NCBI GenBank assembly: GCA_040285855.1
Contig: JAUFOQ010000002.1
Location: 2,418,001-2,482,000, forward strand
Direction: 5' to 3'
Source of the DNA: Eukaryota sp. GEM-RC1
Lineage: Eukaryota
Length of the DNA stretch: 64,000 bases
In this document: positions 50,669-63,445 of the stretch, one piece after another
How the letters are laid out: each line of letters opens with the position of its first letter
Position numbering within the stretch: position 1 is the first letter of the stretch
Translations under genes and position numbers: made by a program
The notes under the pieces: generated by a model
What the model saw: only the letters and a program-made list of their open reading frames with translations
Databases searched by the model: none
What the model was told of the DNA's origin: nothing

Positions 50669-51853
50669 TCAACCCCTATAATAGTTTGTTGGAATAAACG
50701 GAGTCTTCACAACCTCCGCCCTTACCTTCTTGCCTCTAATTTCAACAAACACCTCACTTCCAATCTTCCACAAATCCTTTCTATCCACATAACCCATAGC
50801 AATAGGAGCTTTCAAAGTAGGACTAAAAGTACCCGACGTCACCTTTCCAATTACATTTCCCTCTTGGTCAAACAAAGAAGCTCCATCACGTGCTGGTGGA
50901 CCTCTGATTCTCAATCCAACACGTTTCCTTTGGACTCCATTCTTAATTTGATTCATAAACTCAGAATGTCCAGGGAATCCTCCCGATTCTCGTCTCTTCT
51001 TTGATACAAACCACGATAGACCAGCTTCTGGTAGAGTCGTGGTCTCATCCATGTCATTTCCGTATAGACAGAGTCCAGCTTCTAACCTAAGAGTGTCTCT
51101 AGCACCTAAACCAGCTGGTTTGACTTCAGGAGAAGCTAATAGGCAAGATGCAACAGTGATTGCTTGACTTTTTGGGACCGACAGTTCAAAACCATGTTCT
51201 TCTCCTGTATAACCACATCTAGTAATTGTAATGGGGATACCTATTCCACTTTCAGTTGTAAATACGGTATCTTTTTGAGTCATGAAAGATTGCTTGGACA
51301 AATCGTAATTAACGTGCTTTTGGAGAATTCTTTGGGAGACAGGGCCTTGTAAAGCAAGAAGGGCATTGTCTAAAACATGAAGAGAGACGTCTAAATCAGG
51401 GTTTTTAGAGAGATGATTACGGAAGATTGCGAGATCCTTGTCTTTACAGGCTCCATTGACAACAGTAAACAAGTGGTCGTTACGTTTAGTGACCATGAGA
51501 TCATCGTATATGGTTCCCTTTTCTGATGTAAGACAAGTTAGCTTGGCTTGGTTGGCTTTTGCATCAGAGATTGATACAGGAGTCAGTTGCTCGAAGAATT
51601 TGAAGCGATCTGCTCCTGAGAAGAGTATTTGGCCCATGTGAGAAACGTCAAAGAGAGATGCTTTTGATCGGCAATGTTGGATCTCTGATTTGATTCCTGT
51701 AGGGAAAGAGGAAGGGAGTTCATATCCTGCGAAAGGAACCAAATCGCCGCCAGTGAGCTTATGTATATCATAAAGAGGAGTACGAACAGCAGTTTTTTGT
51801 GCAGAGAGATTGGTGAATAAAGGAAGCTTTGTCGAACAGAGAGAAGATAGCAT
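50669..51853 (-). CDS. gcvT: Glycine cleavage system T protein (aminomethyltransferase)
   Basis: RTPLYD.H...GG.LVPFAGY.LP, LFDVSHMGQ, LALQGP, TRCGYTGE, GLGARDTLRLEAGLCLYG, VTSG.FSP.L; likely ATG at 51853 (MLSSL...). Confidence 0.96.
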   Translation of the reverse strand: MLSSLCSTKLPLFTNLSAQKTAVRTPLYDIHKLTGGDLVPFAGYELPSSFPTGIKSEIQHCRSKASLFDVSHMGQILFSGADRFKFFEQLTPVSISDAKANQAKLTCLTSEKGTIYDDLMVTKRNDHLFTVVNGACKDKDLAIFRNHLSKNPDLDVSLHVLDNALLALQGPVSQRILQKHVNYDLSKQSFMTQKDTVFTTESGIGIPITITRCGYTGEEHGFELSVPKSQAITVASCLLASPEVKPAGLGARDTLRLEAGLCLYGNDMDETTTLPEAGLSWFVSKKRRESGGFPGHSEFMNQIKNGVQRKRVGLRIRGPPARDGASLFDQEGNVIGKVTSGTFSPTLKAPIAMGYVDRKDLWKIGSEVFVEIRGKKVRAEVVKTPFIPTNYYRG

Positions 51854-52015
51854 CAGACAAAGATACTGATTGTAGGTTTGAAGATTAAACAGACAAAAAC
51901 CACTTAAACAAATACTAACACATGAACGTCTTAGATCAGGCAAACACAGTAGTAAAACTGCTTGTTTTATATCGAACACTATAATGCAATCTATACACAG
52001 AAATATCATTAGACA

Positions 52016-52436
52016 CTATTTAGACTTAGTCTCAAAGGGCTTCGATAGATCACCTCTTAATTTTACCTTGAGCAGACGCTCAGCTTTCCCCAGTAAAGTG
52101 TTCAAACGGCCATCTATAATGGCTCTTCGATTCTCAATTTCGGCAATAACAGATTCCTTAACATTGAGTCGCTGAGCTAGTTGAGCTCGAGTTAATTCTA
52201 ACTCTTGACGTCCTTGTTGCATACGTTGAGCGACTTGAGGTCGAACTGTTTGATGAACGAAGGTTTCTGCTTCATCCTCAGTAATACGTCTCGGCGGACC
52301 TGACTGTTGTGGTCGGGGAACAGCAGCCATGGAGCCACTGCGTTGTCCAGCGGCTATAGCAGCTGAAGAGCCACCTTTTTGTAGGTTTCTTTCTGATAAC
52401 AACTTCTCCCCAGTCTTGAGAATCGTGATGACGCAT
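52016..52436 (-). CDS. MBF1: Multiprotein bridging factor 1 (one homopolymer frameshift)
   Basis: MRHHDSQDWGEVVIRKK (typical QDW..V..+K) in one frame and HTH (LTRAQLAQRLNVKESVIAEIENRRAI..ERLLKVKLRG) in another, joined at an A-run at ~52376-52380. Confidence 0.88.
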
Positions 52437-52953
52437 TTTGAAGATAAGTAAACTAAGTTGGAAAGGAAATGGAAAAATAGGGTTGGGTTAGCAGTGACAC
52501 GTTGACAGTTCATTCATGTCACTTCTAACGTTTAGGCTTAATTTGGAGAGGAAGATACATGATGCTCTCGTTACTGGCACATGCTTCAGGTTTGGTCTTT
52601 TGGGCCTATAAATGCTGACCAGTTTTGAAGTAATTGTGTTCTTTTTTTCAAAAAGGGGCTAGACTGTGAGATGATACTGCTAAATGCTTGTTATGTTTAC
52701 ACTCATGGAATGTAAGAGGTGTATTGAATTAAATTAGTAGGATTTACGTATGATATTTATTGGGATGTCCAAAATTGGATTGGTGAACACTATAATGTTA
52801 ATAATAAGTCAAATGCAGCGAATTATTAAATTGAACACTGAAATCCGCCGTTGACAACGGAGACGCAAAAGCAGATTTGTAGATTGTTTAAACTTATTTT
52901 TCAATTTTTAGAGTTTGGCGAACTGTTATATTGAAATACTTGTATCGAAAAAA

Positions 52954-55855
52954 CATGGATGATAGAGCTCTTTCTTTGTCTAAGTCACATGAGCATCTGC
53001 TTGCTTCCGATGTTCCGCTCTTTGATGCTACTTCTGCTGATTCTCCCTCCTTATTTTCTTCTGGTGTTTCTGCTCCCATTTGTCCTTTTTGTCGGTCTAA
53101 TGCTCTGGGGAAAAACTCTGCTGGCAGACCCCTGCTATGCTGTGTGTCTTGTACTCCCTCTGACCCTGTTCGTCCTCCTTTGCCAATTCCTCTATCCATT
53201 CATCCCTCTGTGGGTTCTTCTTTAGTTTCTGCTGTTAGAGCAATTACTTATCCTTTACGTAAGGGTTCGTGGAATCCCTCTCCTCTTTGGCGTTATTTTC
53301 TTTCCCGAGCAAAGAAGGTCAGAAACAAGTCTGTTTCCTCGTCATCTAATTCGGATAAAACCAAACGTAGTCTCTTCAGATCTCTTGTTTTTAGGGGCCA
53401 GTTCTCTTCGGCTTTATCTGTTTTGGATGGAACCTCCATTGCTGAGAACAGTATTGATACTGTTCATAAACTTGAACTGTTGCATCCTCTTGAAGAACCT
53501 TTAAACTATTCAAGTAATACTTCCAATTATTGGATTGATTCACCCATAAGCTCTGAGGAAGTTTTACTTGCAATTCATAAATCAAGATCTGGAAAAGCAG
53601 CTGGTCCTTCTGGTCTTAGCTTCGACCATTTAAAGTTATGTGTCAATCATTGCCCTGAAATTGCTGATGATTTAGCTGTTTTTTTCAATCTTGTAATGTT
53701 GAATCCAGCAAAATGTCCTGATGATTTAAAGACTAGTCGGTTAGTTGCTTTAGATAAGCCTGGTGGTGGCGTTAGACCAATCGCTATTGGTGAATGTATT
53801 TCAAGATTGTTAGCATCGATCTGTTTTGGTAGAATCAAATCGAAGGCGATTGAATTCTTTCGACCATTTCAATATGGAATTGGAATTGTGGATGGCACTA
53901 ATTGTGCTTGTCTAACAACTGATCTATTTTTGAATGATGATGTTGATAATTTTGTGTTAAACGTTGATTACAAGAATGCTTTTAATTGTGTTTTTAGATC
54001 TGCAATTTATGATCAACTGGTGGAGCATTTTCCTGAACTTGTTCCATATTTTGAAGCGTTTTATGGAAGTCCTACTGATTTGATTTTTAACGAATTTTGT
54101 TTGAAATCGTCTCGTGGTGTGAAGCAAGGTGATCCTCTTGGCCCTTTTCTTTTTTGTTTGCCTTTGCAGAAAGTGTTACGAGTTTTCCATAGTGAGTTTC
54201 CAGGTATAATGATTAATTCGTATGCTGATGATACTTCTTTGGTTGGCAAAATGCATACTTTGGAAACCAAGTTTTGCTCGATTTGTTGATCTTTCTGGTC
54301 AAATTGGTTTGACAATCAATTTGAGCAAATGTGTTGTTATTGGTCGGGTGGATGACACTGTTTTGCATGAAGGTGTTGCTATTCCTTTTATTAATTATTC
54401 TTCTGATTGTATCAAGTTTCTTGGAAACTTTATTGGCAATTCCTCTCAAATTGTGAGTATGCTGGAGAAGAAGATTGATTCTCTTGATCAAAAGTTGAGA
54501 AATGTGTTAGATTTGAATGTAGGTAAACAAGTATCCTTTGCCACTTTGCAAGTTTGTTTTGCAGGTAAAGTCAATCATTTTTTACGTGGGTTACCTCCTG
54601 AGCTTACGGTAGACCTTTCTCGTCGTTTTAACGCTCTGAGAACAGAGTTTTTGTCAGAGCTGGTAGAGTCGAAAAAGCTTTCCATTCATCGTCATTCATT
54701 TGCTGCTGTGAGATTTGGTGGAATTGGTTTTCCAAGGCTCGTTATATGCGTGAAGGTGCCTTTTTAGGATGTTTGAAGAATCTGCTGTATGAATTTAAGT
54801 TACGTTATCCCTTACTTTGGTCTAATGAAGATCTCATTCGATATTCGCCTTGTCAATGGCTTATATCACTTCAAAATCTTGTAGATGGTATGAACCCTGA
54901 TGTTTGGGAATCCTTGTTCCCTGCATCTGTGACGGAAACACCTCAACGTACGCTTTTTTCCCTTCCTCTTGGTGTTAGAAAATTTCAGAAGAAATTTGTA
55001 TCTTTCCATGAGAGCTTGGACTATACTAACTGCATTAGCTTGGCTAAAGTTAAAAGTCCCGCTTTCTGTGCATTTTTACAAGACATGAGTAGTGATTCAG
55101 CATCTACTTTCATTACTCAATTGCCAGGGAGATTTATTTTTAATCTAAAAGATCATGAATGGCTTGTTAACATGAGACTTCGTTTAGGTTTTTGGCCATT
55201 TGGTTTGTTACAGAGCAGCACGTGTATCTGTAAAAACAAACATAAGGCTAGCTTTCATCATTTGGTCAATTGTTCAAAGTTCATATATTGTCGTTCAATT
55301 TTGCACAACAGTCTTCGAGATACATGTTTGGAAATGTTTAAGGCAAATGGTTTCCATGGCAAAGTCGAACCATTACTTTCTCATCTTTCAGATCACCCTG
55401 ATTCTACTCAGAAACGTGGTGATTTTATTGGCCCTTGGTTGTCATGCCAAGAAATTGTTGTTGATTTTACGACCGTTGATCCTTGCAAAGCTTCAGCTAT
55501 TGTCAACATTTTGAATCCCTCAAATGATCCGCTGAAAGACGCTGAGAACGCCAAAGTGTCTAAGTATGGACATCAAGTTGCTACATTGAATTCACGAAGA
55601 CACAATAATATCGTCTTTCAGCCTTTTGCAGTTTCATTGTACGGAAATTTCGGTTCTTCTACCAAGGAGTTTTTAAGTTTATTTGATAATTTGTGTTCAG
55701 AACTTGGCAAGAAGTTTAACAGATCGTACTGGAAGAGTAAATTTGCTTTTTCGATTTTTAGGTCTATGTATAGATATGTTGATTCCATTTTGTCCAAGTT
55801 GTTTGGAGGCAACTACTTTTCGGAATTAGGTAGTTCGTTTGATAATTTGTTTTAA
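52954..55855 (+). mobile_element. Near-complete CRE-clade-like non-LTR retrotransposon (Zn finger, RT, RLE)
   Basis: CPFC..CCVSC, AAGPSGL, GVRPIAIGE, FQYGIG, VDYKNAFN, GVKQGDPLGP, YADD, KFLG, CIC..H..HLVNC..H, RGD; two T-run frameshifts (~54273, ~54730). Confidence 0.93.
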
Positions 55856-56116
55856 TAGTGTTTATCTATTTGTACTTAACTTATTATGTGTTTTTCTCCG
55901 CACATAAATCCGTTTTCTTGTATTGAACAATGTACTGGAACCAAAACATTATTGATCGGTAAGCCATTTGCCAATACCAATAGTGACCACCACTAATAGA
56001 AAGAAGCAAAATGTTGAGTCACCTTGAGTCAGCCTTGGTTGACTCATGAATCATTATTTTCGATCAGGTTCAGTAGGCAAATTTGATTGAAAGACATCTC
56101 TTTCCAATTCCTCTTT

Positions 56117-57317
56117 ATGCCAAACCCTTTCCGATCTTTACTTGGCATCCGTTCATACTATTCGTCCTACTATGGAGCACAAGGTATGCTCATCCCATAT
56201 CTTCCGGTTTTCTTAAACTCGTTCAAGATCACCGGAATTCAGATGAGCTTCGCTTTGCTACTTGGGCCTTTAATGTCAATAGTAACACTTCCTGTTGGTT
56301 TTCTAGCTGACAAACACAAAGCAACTCACACTATCATGCTCATTTCCACCTTCGGTGCTACATTAGCTCTAGCTACTCTCAGTTTTGCTAAACCTCTGAT
56401 ACCTCTCATTCTCTGTTATGGACTATACGCTGTCTTCAATACTGCCCTCATCCCTCTTTCCGATAGCATTGCTATATCCGAAGCACAAGAGAAAAAGACC
56501 AAGTACGCCCTTCTACGTGTATGGGGATCCATTGTCTTCGTCATAGTCTCCCCTGATCTTCGGCCAAGTTCTCAACCGTACTGACAACGCCATGCTCGTA
56601 ATCTACTGTGGTGTCGCTGGAATGACCATCGCATCTATTGTTTCTCTCTTCATTGACCAACCAGAAGGCTACTCCCAAACCAGAATCCCTTCAGTAAGTG
56701 AAGCTCTCCAAGTAGCTCGTAATCCCCGTGTTCTCACTCTTCTCTTCTCCTGTGCCATCCACTGGGCTGGAACTCAAGCCTATATCCTCTTGTTCTCAAT
56801 TCACTTACAAGATCATGGAATTGGAGTTGATGTTGCTAGTTATGGATGGGGTTTTGCAGTGGCTGCAGAAATTCTCATTCTATTCATGTTTTCTAGGTTA
56901 CCTAAAGACACTAATTGGTCTGGCCTTATAGTAATATCAATGTTGTTGGGGTCATTAAGGTGGTTTATTACAGCTGTAGGAACCTCATACCCTTGGTTAA
57001 TTGTAGTTGTACAATCTTTTCATTCCTTCACCTTTGGAATTTTCCACTGCTCCTCCATTGAATTAATGGAACAGTTGGTTCCTGTGGAGCTTAGGTCTAC
57101 TGGTAGGACTCTTTATAATGGGATTGTCATGGGAATTGGAGGAGTTGTAGGCTTTTTGATTGCTGGGTGGCAGTATGATCTTAATGGAGGGCGAGGGGCT
57201 TTTCTTGTGAGTGCAGTGATGGATTTGATTGCTCCATTAGTTTTGATTGGGTTTATGGTGTTGAATAGCAAGAAAAGGTCTGGTTCTGAGACTAATATTA
57301 TTCCTTCTGGATGTTAG
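56117..57317 (+). CDS. MFS transporter (MFS_1-like/HcaT-type), one homopolymer frameshift
   Basis: About 12 hydrophobic segments; PYLPVFL, GFLADK, YALLRVWGSI, AAEI, LRW, QSFHSFTFG; frames join at CCCC near 56550. Confidence 0.85.
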
Positions 57318-57576
57318 AATTACGTTATTTTATTTATCATTATTTGATGTTTCAGTTTTTAGCAACTTTTTAAGTTCATGCTTTTCTTCAAGACTTGAAA
57401 CAATTACTAGTAAATGGAAAACAGTTTATACCAATAACTAGTAGAAAAGTTGTAGGTAGACTTCTGAGTTCTTTCTGATAAAAAGACAAATAGATAACGA
57501 GTAACAAAAATGGAACAAAGTGAATCACAAGTAAAGCGTGATTATCAATAACACGATATGAATAAATCAAATTAAA

Positions 57577-58385
57577 CTAAAATTCTTTGTTCATAAAACC
57601 ACGAATCAATTGACCAGCAATGGTTTCCTCTCCGGGAACGTGTGGAGAGTCTTCACTTGGCTCAAGCATACCTCTAAGTTCTTCTCTTGAGAACCACTTA
57701 GCATCAGACATCTCCTTGTCAATTAAAGAGATGGAGTCATCCTTAGCTACAGCAGAGAAGCCTAACATCATTGAACGAGGAAATGGCCAGAATTGAGACA
57801 TTATATACTTAATAGAAGACTCTTCAATCTGAGCTCCCACTTCTTCCCTTGCTTCTCGAACAATGGCTCTCTCTGGGACTTCCCCAGCGTCAACGTAACC
57901 AGCAATCGTAGAAAAACGTGGTAACGTCCATTTAGCGTTTTGTCCAAGAAGGACCTTGGTGTTATCTTGGTTTTTGATAAGAGTTATAATGCAGGGATCA
58001 ACTCTAGGAAAAGATTCAAAGGAACAGGATGAACAACGTCGAGACCAGTTAGCAGTGGATTGGATCATGGGACTAGAACAGCAGCCACAGAAAAGATTTG
58101 ACCGGATGAAGGAATGTAGACATATGGCTGTGCATAGGAGGGAACGTTCCTCTTCAGAAAATGAAGATAAGAAGGGGCGAAGAAAACTGAACTCAGAGAT
58201 GTTGTCTAATGATAGTGAGTCAGAAGAACCGGTGTAGACAAAAGAGGAGAGTTGTTGTACTCTCCAAACTTGAGAAGATCAGATTGATTGAAACAGCTTG
58301 TAGGAAAGTATATGCTGTTTGTAGACTTGTTAATTGCTATAGAGAGATTATCTGCAAAGATGAAGACATTGCCAGAAAGAGTCAT
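57577..58385 (-). CDS. NADH pyrophosphatase NudC/NUDT12-13-like Nudix hydrolase
   Basis: FCGCC..P...CSSC..FPRVDP, AGYVDAGE..E.A..RE.REEVG (Nudix box), SQFWPFP; probable ATG at 58385 with one frameshift near 58262. Confidence 0.88.
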
Positions 58386-59314
58386 TTTGACAACTGAAAG
58401 TAAAGAGAAATCCTTGTTGGTCTACAGTACAAGTTATCTTCACAATCCACGACTGTTTTCCAGCTGACATTCACAACGTGGCTAAGTTTCTTCTCATCTC
58501 TTTCTTGTATATACCAGTATTTACACTGTCGTTATGATTTCAAGGGTTCTCCTTTGAAGATGCCACGATCATCAATCATCTTGCTCTACTGGTCCTTGAC
58601 TTTTCTGTCAAAACGACGTCAGTTAGTGTCCTTATTCTTTCCTAATTCTATGTACTGGGATAACCGGTTGATTCTTTATCTACATGTATCAGTCTCAGTC
58701 ATCATCTCATTGTTGAGGTATTACCCACGATTGATCTACTCATCCGTACTTCCAGTGGTTTCTATTATTCAAAAAGTAATTTTTAAAATTTTGAACATTG
58801 GGTCAATTTGTTTGATACACTAACTTAAAGATAGATCTCAATATTTGAATGAAGTGAAATTGTATATAATCAATTCTAAAATATTATCAACGATTTATTC
58901 TGCTGTTCAGAATCAATTTCTCAAATGTTACATAAGCTTTTAGATCATACATTACGAATCAAACCTATAACTCATTCATTTATTGTGCATATAGAAACAC
59001 GTCATTAGTTGAATGACGTAATTCCCAGTTACTACATCTACGTTAGCAAATCCAGTAAAAATGAGAGGGAATTTCACAATGAGAGTTATTAATGGCTAAA
59101 ATTGACTGTGTCAATCACGTGATTAGAATGAGCTCTCCTGAAGTCTGGTTTAGCGAACTAAAAGAAAGCTGCTTAAAGGCAAGTAATTTAGCTGCGATAA
59201 ACTGATAAATGGCCAAACAAACAACTTTTGAAAACCATAAATTGTCCTTGTACTCCAATACCACCTAACTAATGAAAGTGTTTGGCTTAGTCTAGCAATA
59301 AAGAACAATCACAA

Positions 59315-59369
59315 AGATCATGTTGTGGTTAGTCCGTTTTCAGAAAACGGACTAACCACAACATGATCT
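59315..59369. repeat. Perfect 55-bp palindrome (27-bp arms, 1-nt spacer)
   Basis: AGATCATGTTGTGGTTAGTCCGTTTTC-A-GAAAACGGACTAACCACAACATGATCT. Confidence 0.95.
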
Positions 59370-61936
59370 CCAATAACTACATGAATACTAGTGATACGTT
59401 TGGTTACAAAGGGTAGGGAAAAGATGTTTATAAATAAAAAAATATGATCTTGTAACACTTCACTAACACCTGTGGCTAACACTAGATCCATTCAGTCTCT
59501 TCGACCAGGTACTGGTTAAGATATTTACCACTTCCACCAGCTCAGTATGGAAGGATCAGCATACTCAACGCAATGACTGAAGTGTTAACATAGATGTACT
59601 CGACATTTGTCGCACTGCTGACGTCCAACCAATGAATAAGATGGAGGCTGAGCAGCAAATCGATGACCAACAGTATCGTTGGAGTTTTTAAAAGGGATTT
59701 AAGGTACGTTTAAAGGAACGTGTTTTCTGATTCTAAATCTGAGTATAAATGATTAAATCTATCACTGTAAATTTAAAAACACCAATTTATTATAGAATTG
59801 GTATAAATAATACACCTACATAATAATAGCAAACAAAAGAACAATGATATGTGATTTGAGAGACAAGTTTATCAGCAGTAGGGATTCCAATTCACCTCAC
59901 CTTGGATGATGTCACCCTTCAAAGAGGTCTGGGTGATCTCACATATCATTGAAACATTTATTCGTGTAGATGTCCTTCATGTTGTATCCTTGGCTTTATT
60001 TACATTGTATTTTTCTTTTGTGTAGTTTTATGTTCCGTTTAAATCAATACAAACCAGCAACCAGAAACAATATATTGTATTGTTACAACAAAATATATTG
60101 TGGTATTGTTATTGTGTTGTGTTGTGTTTTTGCAACAATATATTTATTGTTTGATCACACAATAAACAATACAATACTGTATATAGGTTGTTTGTGGTTG
60201 CTGATACATACTATCCATGTTTATCATTATTATCATTAATTAATATTTTGTTTGGACCAACTAATCAAAAGTAAGACAATGTCTGTTTATCAAGAATGTA
60301 TTAAAGAATATGGGTATGACTCAGGGAAGACTCAAAAAATCATAATCTAAAGGATGGCGTTGGTGATGATAACTCAGCTAACATTAGAATTTAACTATGA
60401 AGTGACATTTGTAAGTCAAAAATTAAAAGTCGCAGTTTTCATTCTATTACACAGTATCTCACACACAACAGAACAGATGTACGGACTGGCAACAATTTAT
60501 GGCTATTGCAATAAAGTGGTATTATCAATAGTATTATGTTGATTGATTGCAAGCCATTTTCCATATTAGACAATATATTGTCAATAGTGCTTTGATGTAA
60601 AATATGCCTACGTTTTGGAGACTTCCGGATGCTTCCAAAGTCCACATTGTCTAAATCTGATGTGATCAAAGTATAGTGTCCTTTGAAGCAGTCCTTTTCC
60701 CATAAATTTCCAATCAATGATGATCATTTCAAGTTTGTTTTCTGTTCGGAGACACTTAATTGAACAAACGACCGAGACAGTTGAAACTAGTTGTACTTTG
60801 ATCTACAACATTTGAGGTGAAAAATCATGTATCAATAAAGTCTGATTTAGCTTTTACAGTGTAGATACTAATCGCAACGTTGCAAAATAAGCTTTATAGT
60901 TTTCTAGTCCACGATTTACATTCAATAACTCTGAACTGAATATGCATGAGTACAATTTTCTGTTCAAATTTGTTCAAAAGTATTCTACAACAATTCAAAT
61001 TCCACTCATTAGTTTAGAGCAAAGCGCCCTGTATCGTTGCAAAGGTACAGGGCGTAATGGCACAAAAAATACAAATACAGTTACTAATGTGATGAGTTTA
61101 CAATTGTTTGTTTTTTCTATGCCAATTATTGCTGTATGATGATTTATTGTACTACTGCATAATTTTGGTCTATAGACACATTCCTACATGAATGGACAAT
61201 AGGTTATTTATGTTCACAATTTGTTTCGTCCGTTAGAACGATAGTTAACATCATCGTGGTCATTTTTTCAGAGTTTTTTATGATTACCATTCATTATGTT
61301 ATTAATAACAACACTACAGTGTACTCTAATTTACCTAATACTATCCTGCGCAAAACAGTTCCTATCATACCCAGTCTTGGCTAGTTATAGGCCATGTCTA
61401 GTATTCGGTTAATTAGAGTACATACATGCAGAAACTATCAAAGTGAAAAAATGAGTGTTATACAACAATTTTGTACTAGTTGCTTCAAGACCATTATAAT
61501 GAGTTGTTCCTGGCACTTAGGGAAAAACTGACTGATGATGAGTTGAAGCGGTTTCCAGAACTTCTGAAGATTCGCAACGATTGGACTAGTATTAATTTTT
61601 TCATAGTTCAAGTATCATTAATTATAGTACATTTGTATGTATACTAAAGATCTTCTTTTTAGGGAGGAAATAAAACCCGTAGCTGAGATTGAGCTACGGG
61701 TCCACAACTCTGTTGTCTGTGGAAAAACAATGGAAGATGAAGACTGAGTGTCCTTTCTGAGGCTAAATCTCGAAAGAAAAACGAAAATAGACCGGGATCT
61801 TGTTGAACTTTGGGGAACAGACAAGGACAGAGACTTTGTAGGTAAGTGATGTCATATTAGGATATATGATATAGATATCTACGAACTCTGCTTAAAAGTT
61901 TCGTAATGCTTCTTTTCATCAGTTGTCTTCTTCGCT

Positions 61937-62652
61937 GACCTAATACACATGTTTTCCCTGTCAATTCTGACTTAAATTGTACTTTATATATACACTTAGG
62001 AGATCCAACTCTTCTAGATGTCGATTGCCCGGGTTTCTCAGTCCCAGAACATCAGTCCAAGACTTCAGAATTTGCTTCTCACATCATGTCTGTGGCTGGG
62101 GAGCAGCTCTCAGAAACTATATTCTCTAGAGCCCTGAGAACTGGTGAATCAGCTGTCTTTCCAGCCTTTTCCCTGCCATGTTCTGCTGTTATAGCGTGCG
62201 TAGATCCTAGGTATGCCTTCAAATACTACTCTGCCTCTGTTAATGCTCTCCACAGCTACGTCCGGGCGTCTCTGGAACTGGCCATTGAGAATTATTTCTA
62301 TACTGTTTGCTTAACTCCCATTTGGTCTAAGAACAAAGATTATCCTGAACAAGATGCTATCCACATTGTTCTACGTTCCATCCGCAAGTTCTTTGATCAC
62401 TATATCCAGACTCAATCGGAATTGCCATGTTAAATCATCCTAAACGTTCCAGAAAACTTTGGTTACACTCATACCTACAGAACTCTTCTTGATACTCTTC
62501 CCTATTATTTCCCTCGTACAGCAGAGGAAGCTTCCGCTACTAGTCCTCTTCTCCCCTGCAGATGTAGGAAATGAATGGGGAGAGTACCAAGATGCTGAGA
62601 GAACTCTTTCCATTGTCGACAGCATTCTCCCTACTTCATCTTCTCTCTTTGA
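61937..62652 (+). pseudogene. Captured GDAP2 fragment, copy 3 (longest, least diverged)
   Basis: Near-identical to GDAP2 ~35163-34448; AAA>TAA at 62431; same +1 C frameshift; followed by a diverged homolog of 5988-6090. Confidence 0.95.
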
Positions 62653-63238
62653 ATTGATTGCCAATTATTATTGACTGACACTAGTTTGTGCTGGAAGAAA
62701 TTTCCAACACTTGGTGTCTTTTTTTAACAATTTCTTAACGATTTAAAATTTGATTTTATATGCAAAAATTGATGAACACATACTAATTTAAAAAATATCA
62801 GAATTATAATTGTCCTAATCTATGGCGTTGTTCTTTTACAACTTACAAAGTAACCACAAAGTTGCAGTAAGGAAACTCCATGTCAGCATTCAGAGAAGGA
62901 TTGTTGATACCGAGGAGCGAAACTCCGAGTGCTTCTGGCATGTCTCGGAGTTCCTGATCGAGCGTGGACATCGATCAGGTTTGACACCATCGGGAGCACG
63001 GTGTTAGCGGCAGCTTCTGGGATGGCGTACAGCAAGCTGCCCTCGACTGTGTGTAGTCAATGCCTCCAACCATCGATCTTCATGGTCTCTAATGTTCCAG
63101 TTCATAACAACTTCATTGATTTTGTTCCTCGCTGTAATGCATTCTCGGAACTGTGTCCTGAGGATGATTTTAATAAAGAGGTTGCGGTGATCTTTCGTTG
63201 TTTTGTGTATATCAACGAACCGACATCAGTGTTCCTTA

Positions 63239-63445
63239 TCAGATATTAGTTATTGCCTTCTCGACACGTGCTGCATTCTTGAAGAAATATTCTGGGTAAG
63301 ATTCTTCAATCTCGATGGCAGTTGCCCCTTCGGCAATATGATCAATGATTAGATCATCCAGATCAGTCTTCCTCTCACAAGAAGTAGGAATGATGGCAAT
63401 GTTCATTGTTAAGGCAGCAGAATCCTTTTTCATCACATATCTGGA
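63239..63445 (-). pseudogene. Fragment resembling a CRESS/pCRESS rolling-circle Rep (motif III and linker)
   Basis: RYVMKKDS......RKTDLDDLIIDHIAEGATAIEIEESYPEYFFKNAARVEKAI resembles YxxK + (G)xRxDL..I..G....I...P of Rep proteins; no HUH motif II or Walker A recovered. Confidence 0.45.

Noticed and set aside
60060..60180. CAATA/TATTG-rich tract like the subterminal repeats of the 20985 element
   Set aside because: No TIR or TSD found.
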